From: Acidimicrobiia bacterium
GTDB taxonomy: Bacteria; Actinomycetota; Acidimicrobiia; Spongiisociales; Spongiisociaceae
Length of the DNA: 64,000 nucleotides
NCBI GenBank assembly: GCA_963663955.1
Contig: OY760694.1
Coordinates: 2,118,327-2,182,326, forward strand
Direction of reading: 5' to 3'
A program made the position numbers and the translations under genes. The notes under the pieces were generated by a model, which saw only the letters and a program-made list of their open reading frames with translations, was not told where the DNA came from and did no database searches. This document shows positions 1 through 9,512 of this stretch, piece by piece. How positions within the stretch are numbered: position 1 is the first letter of the stretch; the number at the start of each line of letters is the position of its first letter.

Positions 1-1239
1 CGGTCAACATCTCCCAGGACAAAGTCGAGCGATCCCATAATGGCGATGAAGTCGGGAACCAGCGCATTCTCGAGTATCCAAGGCAGGATGGAGAGGTTGG
101 AGAAGGACGCCGAACGGATCTTTAGCCGGTAGGGGCCAAGCCCACCCAGAGAGACCAGATGGTAGCCCATTTCCCCCTTCGGATTCTCGGCCCGCACGTA
201 GGTCTCGCCGGGCGGGACCTTGATAATTCTGGGAACCTTGGCCTGAAGAGGACCTGGCGGAACGCTGTCGATGGCTTGGCGGATTATGCGAGTTGACTGG
301 CGGATCTCCTCAAGGCGCACCCACCATCGATCCCAGCAGTCACCGTTCTCGCCGACCGGGATGTCGAAGTCGAACTCGCTGTAAGGCAGGTATTCGGATA
401 CCTTGCGCAGGTCGAAGCGGCGCCCCGAGGCCCGCAGGTTAGGCCCGGACACACCGTAGGAGACCGCCACATCTACAGGCATCAAACCCACTCCCTTGGT
501 ACGGGCCAGGAACACCTCGTTGCCGGCCACCAGTTTCTCTATTTCATCGCAGGTGGCCACCACCCTGTCCATGGCGTCGCGGGTCTCGGCCAGGAACCCG
601 GACGGGATATCCATGCCGGCCTTCTTCGTTGTGGGACCGGCCGCGTAAACCGGCTTAACTCCGCCGATTCGATTGAAGTTGGGATGGAAGCGCCCGCCGG
701 TCACCGACTCCAGCAGATCCAGCACCCGTTCCCTTTCCCGGAGGGCAAAGAAAAGCGGCGTTGCGGCGCCCAACTCCAACGGGTACGAGGCCATGAACAC
801 CAGGTGGGAGGATATGCGGGCCATCTCGGTGAGCACCAGCCGTATCCATTGCGCCCGCGGCGGCGCCTCCACGCCCATCAGGCGCTCGGCGGCGACGATG
901 AACGGTACCTCGTTGGCAAAGCCGGACACCCAGTCGATGCGGTTGATGATGGTTGTGATCTGCGGGTAGGTGCGGACTTCGGACAGTTTTTCGTAACCTC
1001 GGTGCATGTAACCGATGACCGGTCGTATGTTGGTGGCTCGCTCCCCGTCAACGGTAGCCACCAAGCGAAGAACTCCGTGGGTGGAGGGGTGTTGGGGACC
1101 GATATTGAGGGTCATTCCCTCGGTCTCGATCTCCACCGAGACCGCAACCTCCGACAGATGGTGGACCATCGACCGGTCCATCAGACCACCGCCCTTAAGG
1201 TCATCGATTGTGGAAACTGTCGCATCGCGGGACACCGGA
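1..1239 (-). CDS. nuoD: NADH-quinone oxidoreductase subunit D (partial, 3' part continues beyond window start); start codon uncertain (GTG ~1239 or ATG ~1195)
   Basis: Manual minus-strand translation gives ...TLNIGPQHPSTHGVLRLVATVDGE..., the NuoD/49-kDa subunit signature; lies downstream of nuoC in the same orientation. No in-window stop. Confidence 0.8.
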
Positions 1240-1281
1240 AGTGGGTAACCGTCGGGTGGGTCGAGATACTCGAATAAACCA

Positions 1282-1884
1282 CTATGACCCCGGATTGCTG
1301 GTAGAGGGGGCCGCGCCGTTCTCCGGCATTTCCTCAACGTCCACCTTGCCCGGCCAGGGCTTTACCTCACGGCTTAGAAGCGGATAGCTCTTCCTTAGCG
1401 GATGGCCCTCGAACCCGTCCGGAAGATAGAGCTTGCTGAGATCGGGATGACCGATGAAATCGATCCCGAACATTTCCGCTGCTTCGCGCTCGTGCCAGTT
1501 AGCTCCTGGGAACAGATCGCACAGGCTGGCGATGGATGGCGCCTCATGGTCTACGTCGGCGGAGATGACCAGCAGGTTTCCATGAGTCACGTCGGATACC
1601 GCGCAGAGCATCTCGTAACGTTCCTCGACCGCTTCAGCCGGTTGGTCCCCCACCTCCACATCGTTCCGCCAGTCAATCGCCGAGATCCAGGACAAGAATA
1701 CGAGCCCGAGTTCGTCCCGAGCGACCTTAACCGCTTCCTTCCAGCGTGCTGCGGCCACCCGCACCTTGGCTGTTCCGTGGGCGATCTCCACGGTTCCGCT
1801 CACCATGTCGGCCAGCGACCCGGCGAGTTGGTCGGGCCCTGACGGCTCCCCGGTCGTGGCGATCTCAGACGGGCCTGCGGTCAC
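1282..1884 (-). CDS. nuoC: NADH-quinone oxidoreductase subunit C (30 kDa subunit)
   Basis: 200 aa ORF in the nuoA-B-C-D order; NuoC-like sequence (…[16 protein letters not shown]…[17 protein letters not shown]…). Overlaps the nuoB stop. Confidence 0.85.
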   Translation of the reverse strand: MTAGPSEIATTGEPSGPDQLAGSLADMVSGTVEIAHGTAKVRVAAARWKEAVKVARDELGLVFLSWISAIDWRNDVEVGDQPAEAVEERYEMLCAVSDVTHGNLLVISADVDHEAPSIASLCDLFPGANWHEREAAEMFGIDFIGHPDLSKLYLPDGFEGHPLRKSYPLLSREVKPWPGKVDVEEMPENGAAPSTSNPGS

Positions 1885-2365
1885 GCTGCTTCCACTTCTC
1901 TCGTACGTCTTCCTTTGCGATCTTTTGTTGCAGGAGGACGATCCCGTCCATCAGGGCCTCCGGGCGGGGAGGGCAACCGGGTACGTACACATCGACCGGA
2001 ATAATCTGGTCGACTCCCTTGGTAACCGAATAGGAATCCCAATAGGGCCCTCCGCAATTCGAGCAGGACCCCATGGATATGACGTATTTGGGATCAGGCA
2101 TCTGCTCGTAAAGCCGCTTGACGGCCGGCGCCATCTTGTCTGTAACGGTACCTGCCACCACCATGAGATCCGCCTGCCTGGGCGAAGCCGGTAGGGGGAT
2201 GATCCCGAAACGCATGAAGTCATACCGCGGACCTGATGCGGCCATCATCTCGATCGCGCAGCAGGCAAGACCGAACTGGAACAACCAGAGGGAATAGCGC
2301 CGGGACCAGTTGAGCAGCCAGGAAACAGGCTTGAGCCCGCCGAAGCGCTCCGCTACTACGCTCAT
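1865..2365 (-). CDS. nuoB: NADH-quinone oxidoreductase subunit B (20 kDa, Fe-S N2)
   Basis: 166 aa with conserved Cys motifs CCAIEMM…[11 protein letters not shown]…[11 protein letters not shown] typical of NuoB. Confidence 0.9.
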   Translation of the reverse strand: MSVVAERFGGLKPVSWLLNWSRRYSLWLFQFGLACCAIEMMAASGPRYDFMRFGIIPLPASPRQADLMVVAGTVTDKMAPAVKRLYEQMPDPKYVISMGSCSNCGGPYWDSYSVTKGVDQIIPVDVYVPGCPPRPEALMDGIVLLQQKIAKEDVREKWKQRDRRPV

Positions 2366-2384
2366 GCCGCTGTCTCCCGCTCCT

Positions 2385-2807
2385 CTACTCCCATTGGAGC
2401 ACCCCCTTACGGACTGCGTACAGCAGCCCTTCCAGAAGGGTCAGCATGAAGATGACGATAGCTACCACACCCCCGATACCGAGTTCCTCGGCCACGATGG
2501 CCCACGGGAAGATGAAAACCGCCTCCACGTCGAACAGTACGAAGAGAAGACCGAAGATGTAATAACGGACGAACGTCTGGCTCCATCCTCCCCCCACCGG
2601 ATCCACCCCACACTCGTAGGTGGTGAGTTTCTCCTTTCCGGGGTTGGAAGGACGGACCAGGTATGTGGCGCCCAATGTAACGGCTACCAGCACCACGCCG
2701 AAGGCGGCAAACGCGGCTACGGCGATGTAATCCTGGAAATATTCACTCACGGTCGCTCCGCCATCAATTCTCGGTCGCTTGATCCGGTGGGTGGAATCCG
2801 TTTCCAC
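2385..2807 (-). CDS. nuoA: NADH-quinone oxidoreductase subunit A
   Basis: 140 aa, 3 TM helices, YECG…FDVE…IFPWA motifs of NuoA/ND3; first gene of the nuo operon. Confidence 0.8.
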   Translation of the reverse strand: METDSTHRIKRPRIDGGATVSEYFQDYIAVAAFAAFGVVLVAVTLGATYLVRPSNPGKEKLTTYECGVDPVGGGWSQTFVRYYIFGLLFVLFDVEAVFIFPWAIVAEELGIGGVVAIVIFMLTLLEGLLYAVRKGVLQWE

Positions 2808-2949
2808 ACCTTCGGGTTCTTCGGGTTCTTCCGGTCATCTCCCGGATACCTGAACTATGGAGATTATAGGTGCCGAGCTCGAACCGATAAATTCGATCGG
2901 CGGACACGGCCTGTCGTAGTCACCGTCCACAAACTGAATACTCAAGACA

Positions 2950-4722
2950 CTAGGAGCCTGCTGTTTATAGGGGTTGTGATGTTTGGACGGTTTGGGGTGG
3001 TGGGGTGCGTTTTTGGGGTTCGGGCGGGGTGCAGATGCGGGTTTTTGGGGTTCGGAGCGGGTTTTTGGGTGGTGGGTGGTGGATGAGTCTGGACTGTGCC
3101 GGGTTCGGGGTGGTTTATGCGGGGTTGAGGGTCCAGCGGGTGTTGGTGTGGGTGAGTCCGAGGTTGGTGAGGCGTTGTAGGTTGACGGCTGCTGCTTTGG
3201 TGGTGAGCCATTGTTTGTTGCGGGTTAGTCCTCGGTATGGGACGCGTCTGGCTTTGCCTCGGGTGAGCCAGGCGATGGTTCGTTCCACGAGCGGACGTCG
3301 GGTGCGGTAGGTGGTTTGGTTTCGGGGTTCAGCGAAGCGGGTTTTGTTGGTTTCACGCCGGTCGTGGTGTTCGTCGACTGTGACGGTGCGGCCTGCTTTG
3401 GCGGTGGTGCACCGGGCGCGTAGTGGGCAGCCGTTGCATCGTTTCGCGAAGCGGGCGGTTCCTCCGGGGCGTATACGAGCGGTGTGCCCGGCGGGGCATG
3501 TCACGGTTCGTGCCCCGGTGTCGATAGTGAAATCGTCGCGGTGGAACCCGTCGGGAATGCGGGGTTTGCGTACGATCGGTTTCACGATGGGGATATGATC
3601 TGCTTCTTCGAACGTTTTGAGCGCCGGACCGGACGCGTACGCGGAGTCGGCGAGTATCACGGTTTCGGGGAGTTCTTCGGCTATAAGATCGGCGATGCTG
3701 CCGGCGTCTGTGGTGTTAGCCGCGGTCAAAGCCGTAGCGGTGACCAACCCGGTTTCGGGTTCCACCGCGACATGTGCTTTGTAACCGTCCCGCTTCGCGG
3801 ACCGGGTTTTGTGACCGTGCCGCGCTTCGTGGTCCACCACAGATATGGTCCGGTCCTTCGCGACCCGGCGGGCTATCCGCCAACGACCAGGCCGGTCGGG
3901 GTCCGGTTCCACGTCCTGGCCTGTGACCACTCCCAACAAACCCAGGGCGTCGACCTGGTCCGAATCCAACTTCAAACCTTCTACAGCTTCGATAACCGCC
4001 AAGCCGTCTGTGACCAAACCGTCAATCAGTTCGGAACGAGACTCCGGATCGGACCAATCACAGGACGGTTTCGCTTTCGATTCATAATCATGCGCGGCCA
4101 ACACCACATCGGCCGCCTGCGGTATCAGACGGCGGCAACGCCTGATCTGGGATGAGATCATCGTTACCGTATCCTGAGTAGCCACCGCGTCATCCAAAAT
4201 CGTGGAATCCAGGGCCCGACGATCCTTACCCGCCAACACCCCGGACTCTGCAACCACTTCCCGCACCGCGTCGAAAATACGCTCAGGCCGCTTACTCGCC
4301 CGCAGCCTCGCCCGCCACCGGGTCAACACCGTCGGATGGAAACCCCGGTGCGTCAACGACAAACCCGCCGCGGCTTTCCAGGCGATGTCACGACGCAGCC
4401 GCTGCACCGCTTCCCGATCCGAAACAGCCTCCAAAGCCTGCAACACCAACACAGTCGCAATCACCGAACCAGGAACAGACGGGCGACCCCGCCCACTCCC
4501 GAACAAATCCGAAAACATCCCGTCGGGAAACAACCGGAGGCGATGCTCAGCCAGAAACCGGTACACCGAACCCTCCGGCACCAGATGCCACAAATCCGAC
4601 GTGTCCAGAAACTCACGATCAAAACGTTCAACACCCTGCATACCACCCATAATAACACCACCAAACACAAAACACGAGGACCCGCAGGCCCGACCAGGTG
4701 AATAAAACAGCAGTCTCCTAGG
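2950..4722 (-). mobile_element. IS element (~1.77 kb), IS1182/IS5-superfamily-like, with ~20-bp terminal inverted repeats
   Basis: Left end CTAGGAGCCTGCTGTTTATAG (2950-2970) is the inverted repeat of right end GAATAAAACAGCAGTCTCCTAGG (4700-4722). Encloses the 517-aa transposase ORF. G-rich tandem repeats lie inside the left end. Confidence 0.7.
3115..4668 (-). CDS. DDE transposase, IS1182/IS5 family-like (InsH-N / DUF772-like N-terminus)
   Basis: 517 aa; N-terminal segment …GRGRPSVPGSVIATVLVLQALEAVSDREAVQRLRRDIAWKAAAGL… resembles the transposase InsH N-terminal domain. D/E-rich C-terminal catalytic region. Flanked by the inverted repeats. Confidence 0.65.
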   Translation of the reverse strand: MFGGVIMGGMQGVERFDREFLDTSDLWHLVPEGSVYRFLAEHRLRLFPDGMFSDLFGSGRGRPSVPGSVIATVLVLQALEAVSDREAVQRLRRDIAWKAAAGLSLTHRGFHPTVLTRWRARLRASKRPERIFDAVREVVAESGVLAGKDRRALDSTILDDAVATQDTVTMISSQIRRCRRLIPQAADVVLAAHDYESKAKPSCDWSDPESRSELIDGLVTDGLAVIEAVEGLKLDSDQVDALGLLGVVTGQDVEPDPDRPGRWRIARRVAKDRTISVVDHEARHGHKTRSAKRDGYKAHVAVEPETGLVTATALTAANTTDAGSIADLIAEELPETVILADSAYASGPALKTFEEADHIPIVKPIVRKPRIPDGFHRDDFTIDTGARTVTCPAGHTARIRPGGTARFAKRCNGCPLRARCTTAKAGRTVTVDEHHDRRETNKTRFAEPRNQTTYRTRRPLVERTIAWLTRGKARRVPYRGLTRNKQWLTTKAAAVNLQRLTNLGLTHTNTRWTLNPA

Positions 4723-4773
4723 CGGCCTCTTTCTGGGGTTTCACCGTGAACGCCGTAGGGTACGATTAGTTAT

Positions 4774-5892
4774 GTGTTTGAGCGTATCTACATTGAGAAC
4801 TACAAGTGCCTGGTCGACTTCGCCCTCCACCTAGACGACACCACGCTACTCCTCGGAGCTAACGGCACAGGCAAGACGGCCGTACTGGATGTGGTGTACG
4901 GCCTCCGCAAGCTGCTTACCGGCGAAGCCAAGGTCGCGGATCCCGTCGCTTTCCCCGCGTCTTCGCTCACTCGTTGGCAAACTCATAGGCACCAGCAGTT
5001 CAGGCTTCGGATTCGGGTGGTTGATGAGTCCTTTACCTACGCCCTCCGGGTGGAGCACGAAGAGGGCGGTTCGAAATCCCGTATAACTCGGGAGAGGCTG
5101 CTCGGGCAGGACAGAACGGTTCTGTTCGATTGTAAGATGGGGGAGGTTCAGCTCTACCGTGATGATGGCTCCACGGGTCCTGCTTTCTTGACGGACTGGC
5201 ATGAATCAGCCTTAGCACGGGTGGTGGAGCATCCCACTAACACGCGACTCACATCCTTTCTTAAAGCTATCCGAAGGACCGTGGTCTGCACTATCCGACC
5301 GGACAGGCTTCGCACCGAGTCGACCCGGGAGGACCCGATCCTGGATCGTGCTGCAACCAACTTTGTGGACTGGTACCGCCACGCCATCCAAGAGAACCCG
5401 AGACGGGCTCTCCCTCATGTAGACGCTCTCCGACCGGTGCTGGATGGTTTCAACGATCTCCAGGTGCGGCAGGCGGGACTAGACAGCAGGGCACTCATGC
5501 TCAGGTTCAGCGCCGACGACGAGAAAACCTACCGCCTTCGTTTCAGCGAGATCGCCGACGGACAGCGGGCACTGGTGGTGCTTTATGGACTAGTTCATCT
5601 GAGCCGCGGCGCCGGAGGCATCGTGTTATTCCTGGATGAACCCGACAACTACGTGGCACTTCCCGAGATCCAGCCATGGCTGCTGGAGTTGGTCGAGTTG
5701 TGTGAGGAAACCCCTTCTCAGGCGGTCATCTGCTCCCACCATCCGGAGTTGATCGACTACTTTGGAATAGCCCGCGGACGAGTACTGCGCCGCAACGCGT
5801 CCGGAGCGGTCACGCCGCACTCTCTTGACCCGCCGCCGGCTGGGAGCAGGCACAAGCTATCGGAATTAGTAGCTCGGGGCTGGGACAATTGA
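4774..5892 (+). CDS. ABC/SMC-type AAA family ATPase (AAA_21/AAA_15-like), copy 1 of a two-gene ATPase + Toprim-like module
   Basis: GTG start; Walker A GANGTGKT near the N-terminus, Walker B-like VLFLDEPDNYV near the C-terminus, SDGQRALV signature-like motif. Stop overlaps the start of the next gene (ATGA). Confidence 0.75.
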   Translation: MFERIYIENYKCLVDFALHLDDTTLLLGANGTGKTAVLDVVYGLRKLLTGEAKVADPVAFPASSLTRWQTHRHQQFRLRIRVVDESFTYALRVEHEEGGSKSRITRERLLGQDRTVLFDCKMGEVQLYRDDGSTGPAFLTDWHESALARVVEHPTNTRLTSFLKAIRRTVVCTIRPDRLRTESTREDPILDRAATNFVDWYRHAIQENPRRALPHVDALRPVLDGFNDLQVRQAGLDSRALMLRFSADDEKTYRLRFSEIADGQRALVVLYGLVHLSRGAGGIVLFLDEPDNYVALPEIQPWLLELVELCEETPSQAVICSHHPELIDYFGIARGRVLRRNASGAVTPHSLDPPPAGSRHKLSELVARGWDN

Positions 5893-6431
5893 GCAGGAAC
5901 GTCCGTATTGTCCTGCTCTGCGAGGATCAGCAGCACGAGGCCTTTGCCAGACGCTTCCTCAAAAGAGGCCCTTGGACCGTGCGAGATCTCAGAGTTGAGC
6001 GGGCACCGTCGGGGCGAGGATCAGCTGAGTACTTCGTACGCGACCGTTTCCCTGACGAACTCCAGTTGGTACGTTCCAAGAGGGGCGAGCAGGCCTACGT
6101 CATCGTAATGGTCGACGGCGACGCCGATGGCGTAGGCAAGCGCAAGGCCTCGCTTGGCACCGCCTGCGAGGAACGGGACGTGGCTCCACCAGGCAGCCGT
6201 GACCATGTGCTTATCTGCGTTCCCACATGGAACATCGAGACGTGGCTGGCATACCTCGGAGGCGAGGGGGTCGATGAAACCAACAAGGGGTATCCCCGAC
6301 TGTCTAGAGCACGGGACTGTGCTCCATTGGTAAACAAGTTGGTCAATATGTGCAACAAGGGAAGCCTGCGTGAGCCAACACCTGCATCGTTGGTGGAAAC
6401 CTGCGTCGACTATCAGCGCGTCTTTGACTAG
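5889..6431 (+). CDS. small Toprim-like protein (DUF4276-like), partner of the ATPase, copy 1
   Basis: 180 aa; N-terminal RIVLLCEDQQHEAF (conserved Glu) and VIVMVDGDADG (DxD), matching Toprim catalytic motifs. Translationally coupled to the upstream ATPase. Confidence 0.6.
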   Translation: MSRNVRIVLLCEDQQHEAFARRFLKRGPWTVRDLRVERAPSGRGSAEYFVRDRFPDELQLVRSKRGEQAYVIVMVDGDADGVGKRKASLGTACEERDVAPPGSRDHVLICVPTWNIETWLAYLGGEGVDETNKGYPRLSRARDCAPLVNKLVNMCNKGSLREPTPASLVETCVDYQRVFD

Positions 6432-6520
6432 AACACACAACGTCAAGCGCCATCATATGCATCTCAAGATGCCGATGCCCCGCAACGAAGCGGCAGCATA
6501 GCGCCGACTCGACGCGAGTA

Positions 6521-6705
6521 TTAGCCTCGATTATTCATGGATGGGGGTTTGTAGGCTGAGTGGAGTAGACCATATTCGTGCCCTGACCAGGAAAGACAGC
6601 TATCGGCGTTTCCTATCCCGGAAGGGAACCACTGATGGCGACATTGCCTGTTCAGTGGTCTGATCCATTCATCGCCGAACTCCGATCTCATGAATCGGGG
6701 CTAGC
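6521..6705. repeat. degenerate/chimeric copy (a) of the ~210-bp MITE-like repeat family
   Basis: Starts TTAGCCTCGATTATTCATGG and matches the element in reverse orientation to ~6630, then diverges; ends with a TIR-like CATGAATCGGGGCTAGC. Confidence 0.55.
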
Positions 6706-6708
6706 GTC

Positions 6709-7854
6709 TTGTACATGGTCGGCGCATCCTTCACCCGAGTCCCGGATTATTCGGGAGGATCGCTGAGCAACCTCATGGCCGAGTTGGAGTTGCGCCTCAC
6801 CGGTGCCTGCCCCGGTATTCCCTTGCATTCGGCGCTAGCGGCGGAGATTCCGCCCGCGGCAACCTACTTGCTGGTCTTGATTGACGGCCTCGGCGCCCAC
6901 CAGCTGCACCATCCGGCGGCCGGACCGCTGGCCGACGCTCAGCGTGCAACCATCCACGCCCCGTTCCCGACGACCACCACCGTCAGCCTGGCTACGGTTG
7001 CTACCGCAGAGCCCCCCGGCGAGCACGGATGGGTCGGGCATTTTCTTCTGCCGGCGAATCACCCCAGACCGGTAAATACCCTCCGCTGGGTTGATTCAGC
7101 AGGCCACGCGGTCCACCCTGACGGGCGTGGACTGTTAATCGCCCCGAACCTGTGGGAGAGACTCCGCACATCCGGTATCGAGCCGATCACCGTGCAGCCG
7201 GCCGGTTTCGAGGGAAGCCCACTCACCCGGACGCTCTATAGAGGATGTCGATTCGAAGGAGCAGCGACAACCCGAGAATGGGCCCGTGCTTCCCTGGACT
7301 TGGCGCAGGAGCCGGGGCGGTTGATCTTCAGCTACTACCCGGCGGTCGATATCGCGGCCCACATGAAGGGCCTTAAGAGCCCCGCCTATCGGAACGCCCT
7401 GGCGGATGTAGCCAACGCGTGGGAGCGGATGGCGGCGGGGCTCCCCGGTAACGTCACCATGATCGGTACCGCCGACCACGGGGTAATCCCCGTCACCGCT
7501 AAAGGCAAACATCGCCTGGTGAGTAAACAGACCAGAGGTTTGGAACTGTTCGGGGATCCTCGCTCCCTATACGTGAATGGCCCGCAGGAACTCATCGAGG
7601 AGTTGGCCGCCCGGGTTCCCGCCGAACGGCTCACAAGGTCTGATCTCCGGACTCTATGGGGTTCCGGTTCGGCGGCGGATAACCCTGCTGCCGTCACCCC
7701 GTTCATCGAACCGGACGGCGCATTGCTCGCCCATCAGGGCCGGGTACTGCTGCCGGGCCACATGGACAAACGTTTGGTGGGTTACCACGGCGGGCTGGAT
7801 CCCAGAGAAATCGAGATCCCTCTGCTGGTCACATCACGAGCAGCGTCCGTATAG
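6709..7854 (+). CDS. alkaline phosphatase superfamily protein (type I phosphodiesterase / nucleotide pyrophosphatase-like)
   Basis: 381 aa; LVLIDGLG…TTTTVSLATVATAEPPGEHGWVG…GTADHG…YHGGLDPREIEIPLL motifs typical of AlkP-core metal/nucleophile sites. Confidence 0.65.
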   Translation: MYMVGASFTRVPDYSGGSLSNLMAELELRLTGACPGIPLHSALAAEIPPAATYLLVLIDGLGAHQLHHPAAGPLADAQRATIHAPFPTTTTVSLATVATAEPPGEHGWVGHFLLPANHPRPVNTLRWVDSAGHAVHPDGRGLLIAPNLWERLRTSGIEPITVQPAGFEGSPLTRTLYRGCRFEGAATTREWARASLDLAQEPGRLIFSYYPAVDIAAHMKGLKSPAYRNALADVANAWERMAAGLPGNVTMIGTADHGVIPVTAKGKHRLVSKQTRGLELFGDPRSLYVNGPQELIEELAARVPAERLTRSDLRTLWGSGSAADNPAAVTPFIEPDGALLAHQGRVLLPGHMDKRLVGYHGGLDPREIEIPLLVTSRAASV

Positions 7855-7856
7855 AG

Positions 7857-7951
7857 ATTCACCTGTCGGGTAAACGGTGGGTTTCTCCTGATACTCGGGT
7901 TGAACTGGCGTTACACGCCTCGGTGTGTGGGAAACCTGAATAATCAGGGCC
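7857..7951. repeat. half copy (b) of the MITE-like repeat (one TIR plus ~95 bp)
   Basis: …CTCGGGTTGAACTGGCGTTACACGCCTCGGTGTGTGGGAAACCTGAATAATCAGGGCC matches the reverse-orientation half of the full copies. Sits between convergent gene ends. Confidence 0.6.
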
Positions 7952-7953
7952 AA

Positions 7954-9435
7954 TCACCGGCACAAAGGTTCGTAGCGCAGGTCCAGGTCGGCAAGACGGT
8001 CGAGAAGCATGGAAAGGCCCCGAACGGTCTGGGTTCGGTTGCCACCCCCGTCGTGCATCAAGACAACCGACCCGTAGGTGACCTGTGACACGATCCGGTC
8101 GGCTATCTCTTCACCGGTAAGACCGAGCCAATCGTTAGCGCTGACCGTCCAAAGATGAAGCTCGAGGCCGTATTCGGCAGACCACTCCCGAGTTCGACTA
8201 CCGGTAGCCGCATAGGGGGGTCGCAAGCACGGAGTGGCATGCTCGCCGAGAATCTCCTCCGTCCTGCTTATGGTTTCATCGAACTCCGCCTTGTTAAGGC
8301 CGGCGAGGTTTTCGTGTCGCCATGTGTGGTTGGCGACTGTGTGGCCCTCGGTCACGATCCTCTGGAAGATATCCGGATACTTCTCCACCAGAGATCCGAC
8401 CACGAAGAAGGTAGCTCGCGCGCCGTAACGCGCCAGGAGGTCCAATACTTCCGGTGTGTGTCGGGGATTAGGTCCATCGTCGAAGGTGAGATAGACAACG
8501 TCACCAGGGCCGATCCGCGGTCGGCTCGGGACCTGACGGGTCACCGGCGGCGGCGGGGGAACAGGCTCCGGATCGGGGAATCCGATTCGGATCAATAACT
8601 CGAAATCTGCGGATTGCTCTCCTGAGGGAATCACACTCACGAACAGTTCACCGTCCCGAGTCAACGTGGTCTCCAGCCGTTGAGCTACACCCTGATCCGC
8701 TCGCAGGACTTCGGCCCCGTGACGAACCTCCAGAGTCACCCCCGGGGGAGCGAGGAGAACTGCTTCCAGTTTCTGGTCAACACCTCCTGCCAGCGCGTAT
8801 ACCTGTGACCGGTCGTTGACAGTTCCGAATACCACGGCTTGGATCACTTCGCCATCCACCCGCACGTTGGTATCCGGGCGGTAGGAAGAAGAAATCCGAA
8901 TGTTGGCCGGGACCGCTGATCCTCCGACGGGAGGACCCGGATAGATTGCAACCCGGTCGGGACCGCTCACCGGCTGGACTTCGATCAGGGTTGATTCCAC
9001 CTGATCGGTCCCTTCAGACGAGGGGCCTTCCACAACGCCCGGGTCCGGCGCCGTTACCTCCGCCAACCGCTCGTTAGCTTCGCCCGACGGAAGTGCCGGT
9101 TCAGAGAGGACCGTCGGCTCGTTCCCCGGAGGCTTGATCTGAGGTTGGTTGCCGGCGCCACTCTGTTCCGATGCAGAAGTTGGTTCCGGTAACACGATCG
9201 GCGCCGCCTCGACGGTCTCGTGGAGAACGGACTCGGTTGGACCCTCAGCAAGTCCGGCAATTGGTTCGCCGAGGGTGGGTAACGGGCTGTCGGACGAGTC
9301 GGTGCATGCCGCTAACAGGGCCAGAGCCAACGCGGCTGACACCAACCGACCAATAAAGCGCGGCGTCACGGGTTCGCTCTCCAATCTTTCCAAACCATTG
9401 TCCGGGCTCCGAAGATCTCTGCCATCCGGTATCAA
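7954..9435 (-). CDS. polysaccharide deacetylase (CE4/NodB family) with N-terminal signal peptide or lipoprotein and low-complexity linker
   Basis: C-terminal …VYLTFDDGPNPRHTPEVLDLL…ATFFVVG…ANHTWRHENL… NodB homology motifs. N-terminus hydrophobic with LLAAC lipobox-like sequence. Confidence 0.8.
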   Translation of the reverse strand: MIPDGRDLRSPDNGLERLESEPVTPRFIGRLVSAALALALLAACTDSSDSPLPTLGEPIAGLAEGPTESVLHETVEAAPIVLPEPTSASEQSGAGNQPQIKPPGNEPTVLSEPALPSGEANERLAEVTAPDPGVVEGPSSEGTDQVESTLIEVQPVSGPDRVAIYPGPPVGGSAVPANIRISSSYRPDTNVRVDGEVIQAVVFGTVNDRSQVYALAGGVDQKLEAVLLAPPGVTLEVRHGAEVLRADQGVAQRLETTLTRDGELFVSVIPSGEQSADFELLIRIGFPDPEPVPPPPPVTRQVPSRPRIGPGDVVYLTFDDGPNPRHTPEVLDLLARYGARATFFVVGSLVEKYPDIFQRIVTEGHTVANHTWRHENLAGLNKAEFDETISRTEEILGEHATPCLRPPYAATGSRTREWSAEYGLELHLWTVSANDWLGLTGEEIADRIVSQVTYGSVVLMHDGGGNRTQTVRGLSMLLDRLADLDLRYEPLCR

Positions 9436-9512
9436 GGATACTGCCCGAAGTTCGATTCTCCGCGTATCTCGCTAGCGGGAGAAGCAACACGGTTTAGGTT
9501 GTGTCATCCGTA

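Noticed and set aside
684-1277. 197-aa plus-strand ORF (and the overlapping 673-969 / 1015-1248 ORFs)
   Set aside because: Lies antisense to the clearly conserved nuoD coding sequence (NIGPQHPSTHGVLRL on the minus strand). It is a GC-rich frame artefact.
2942-3310. His/Pro-rich 89-aa minus ORF and Gly/Trp-rich plus ORFs
   Set aside because: These are translations of the G-rich tandem repeat tract inside the IS left end, with no coding signal. They were also checked and rejected as a CRISPR array: the repeats are imperfect and contiguous with no spacers.
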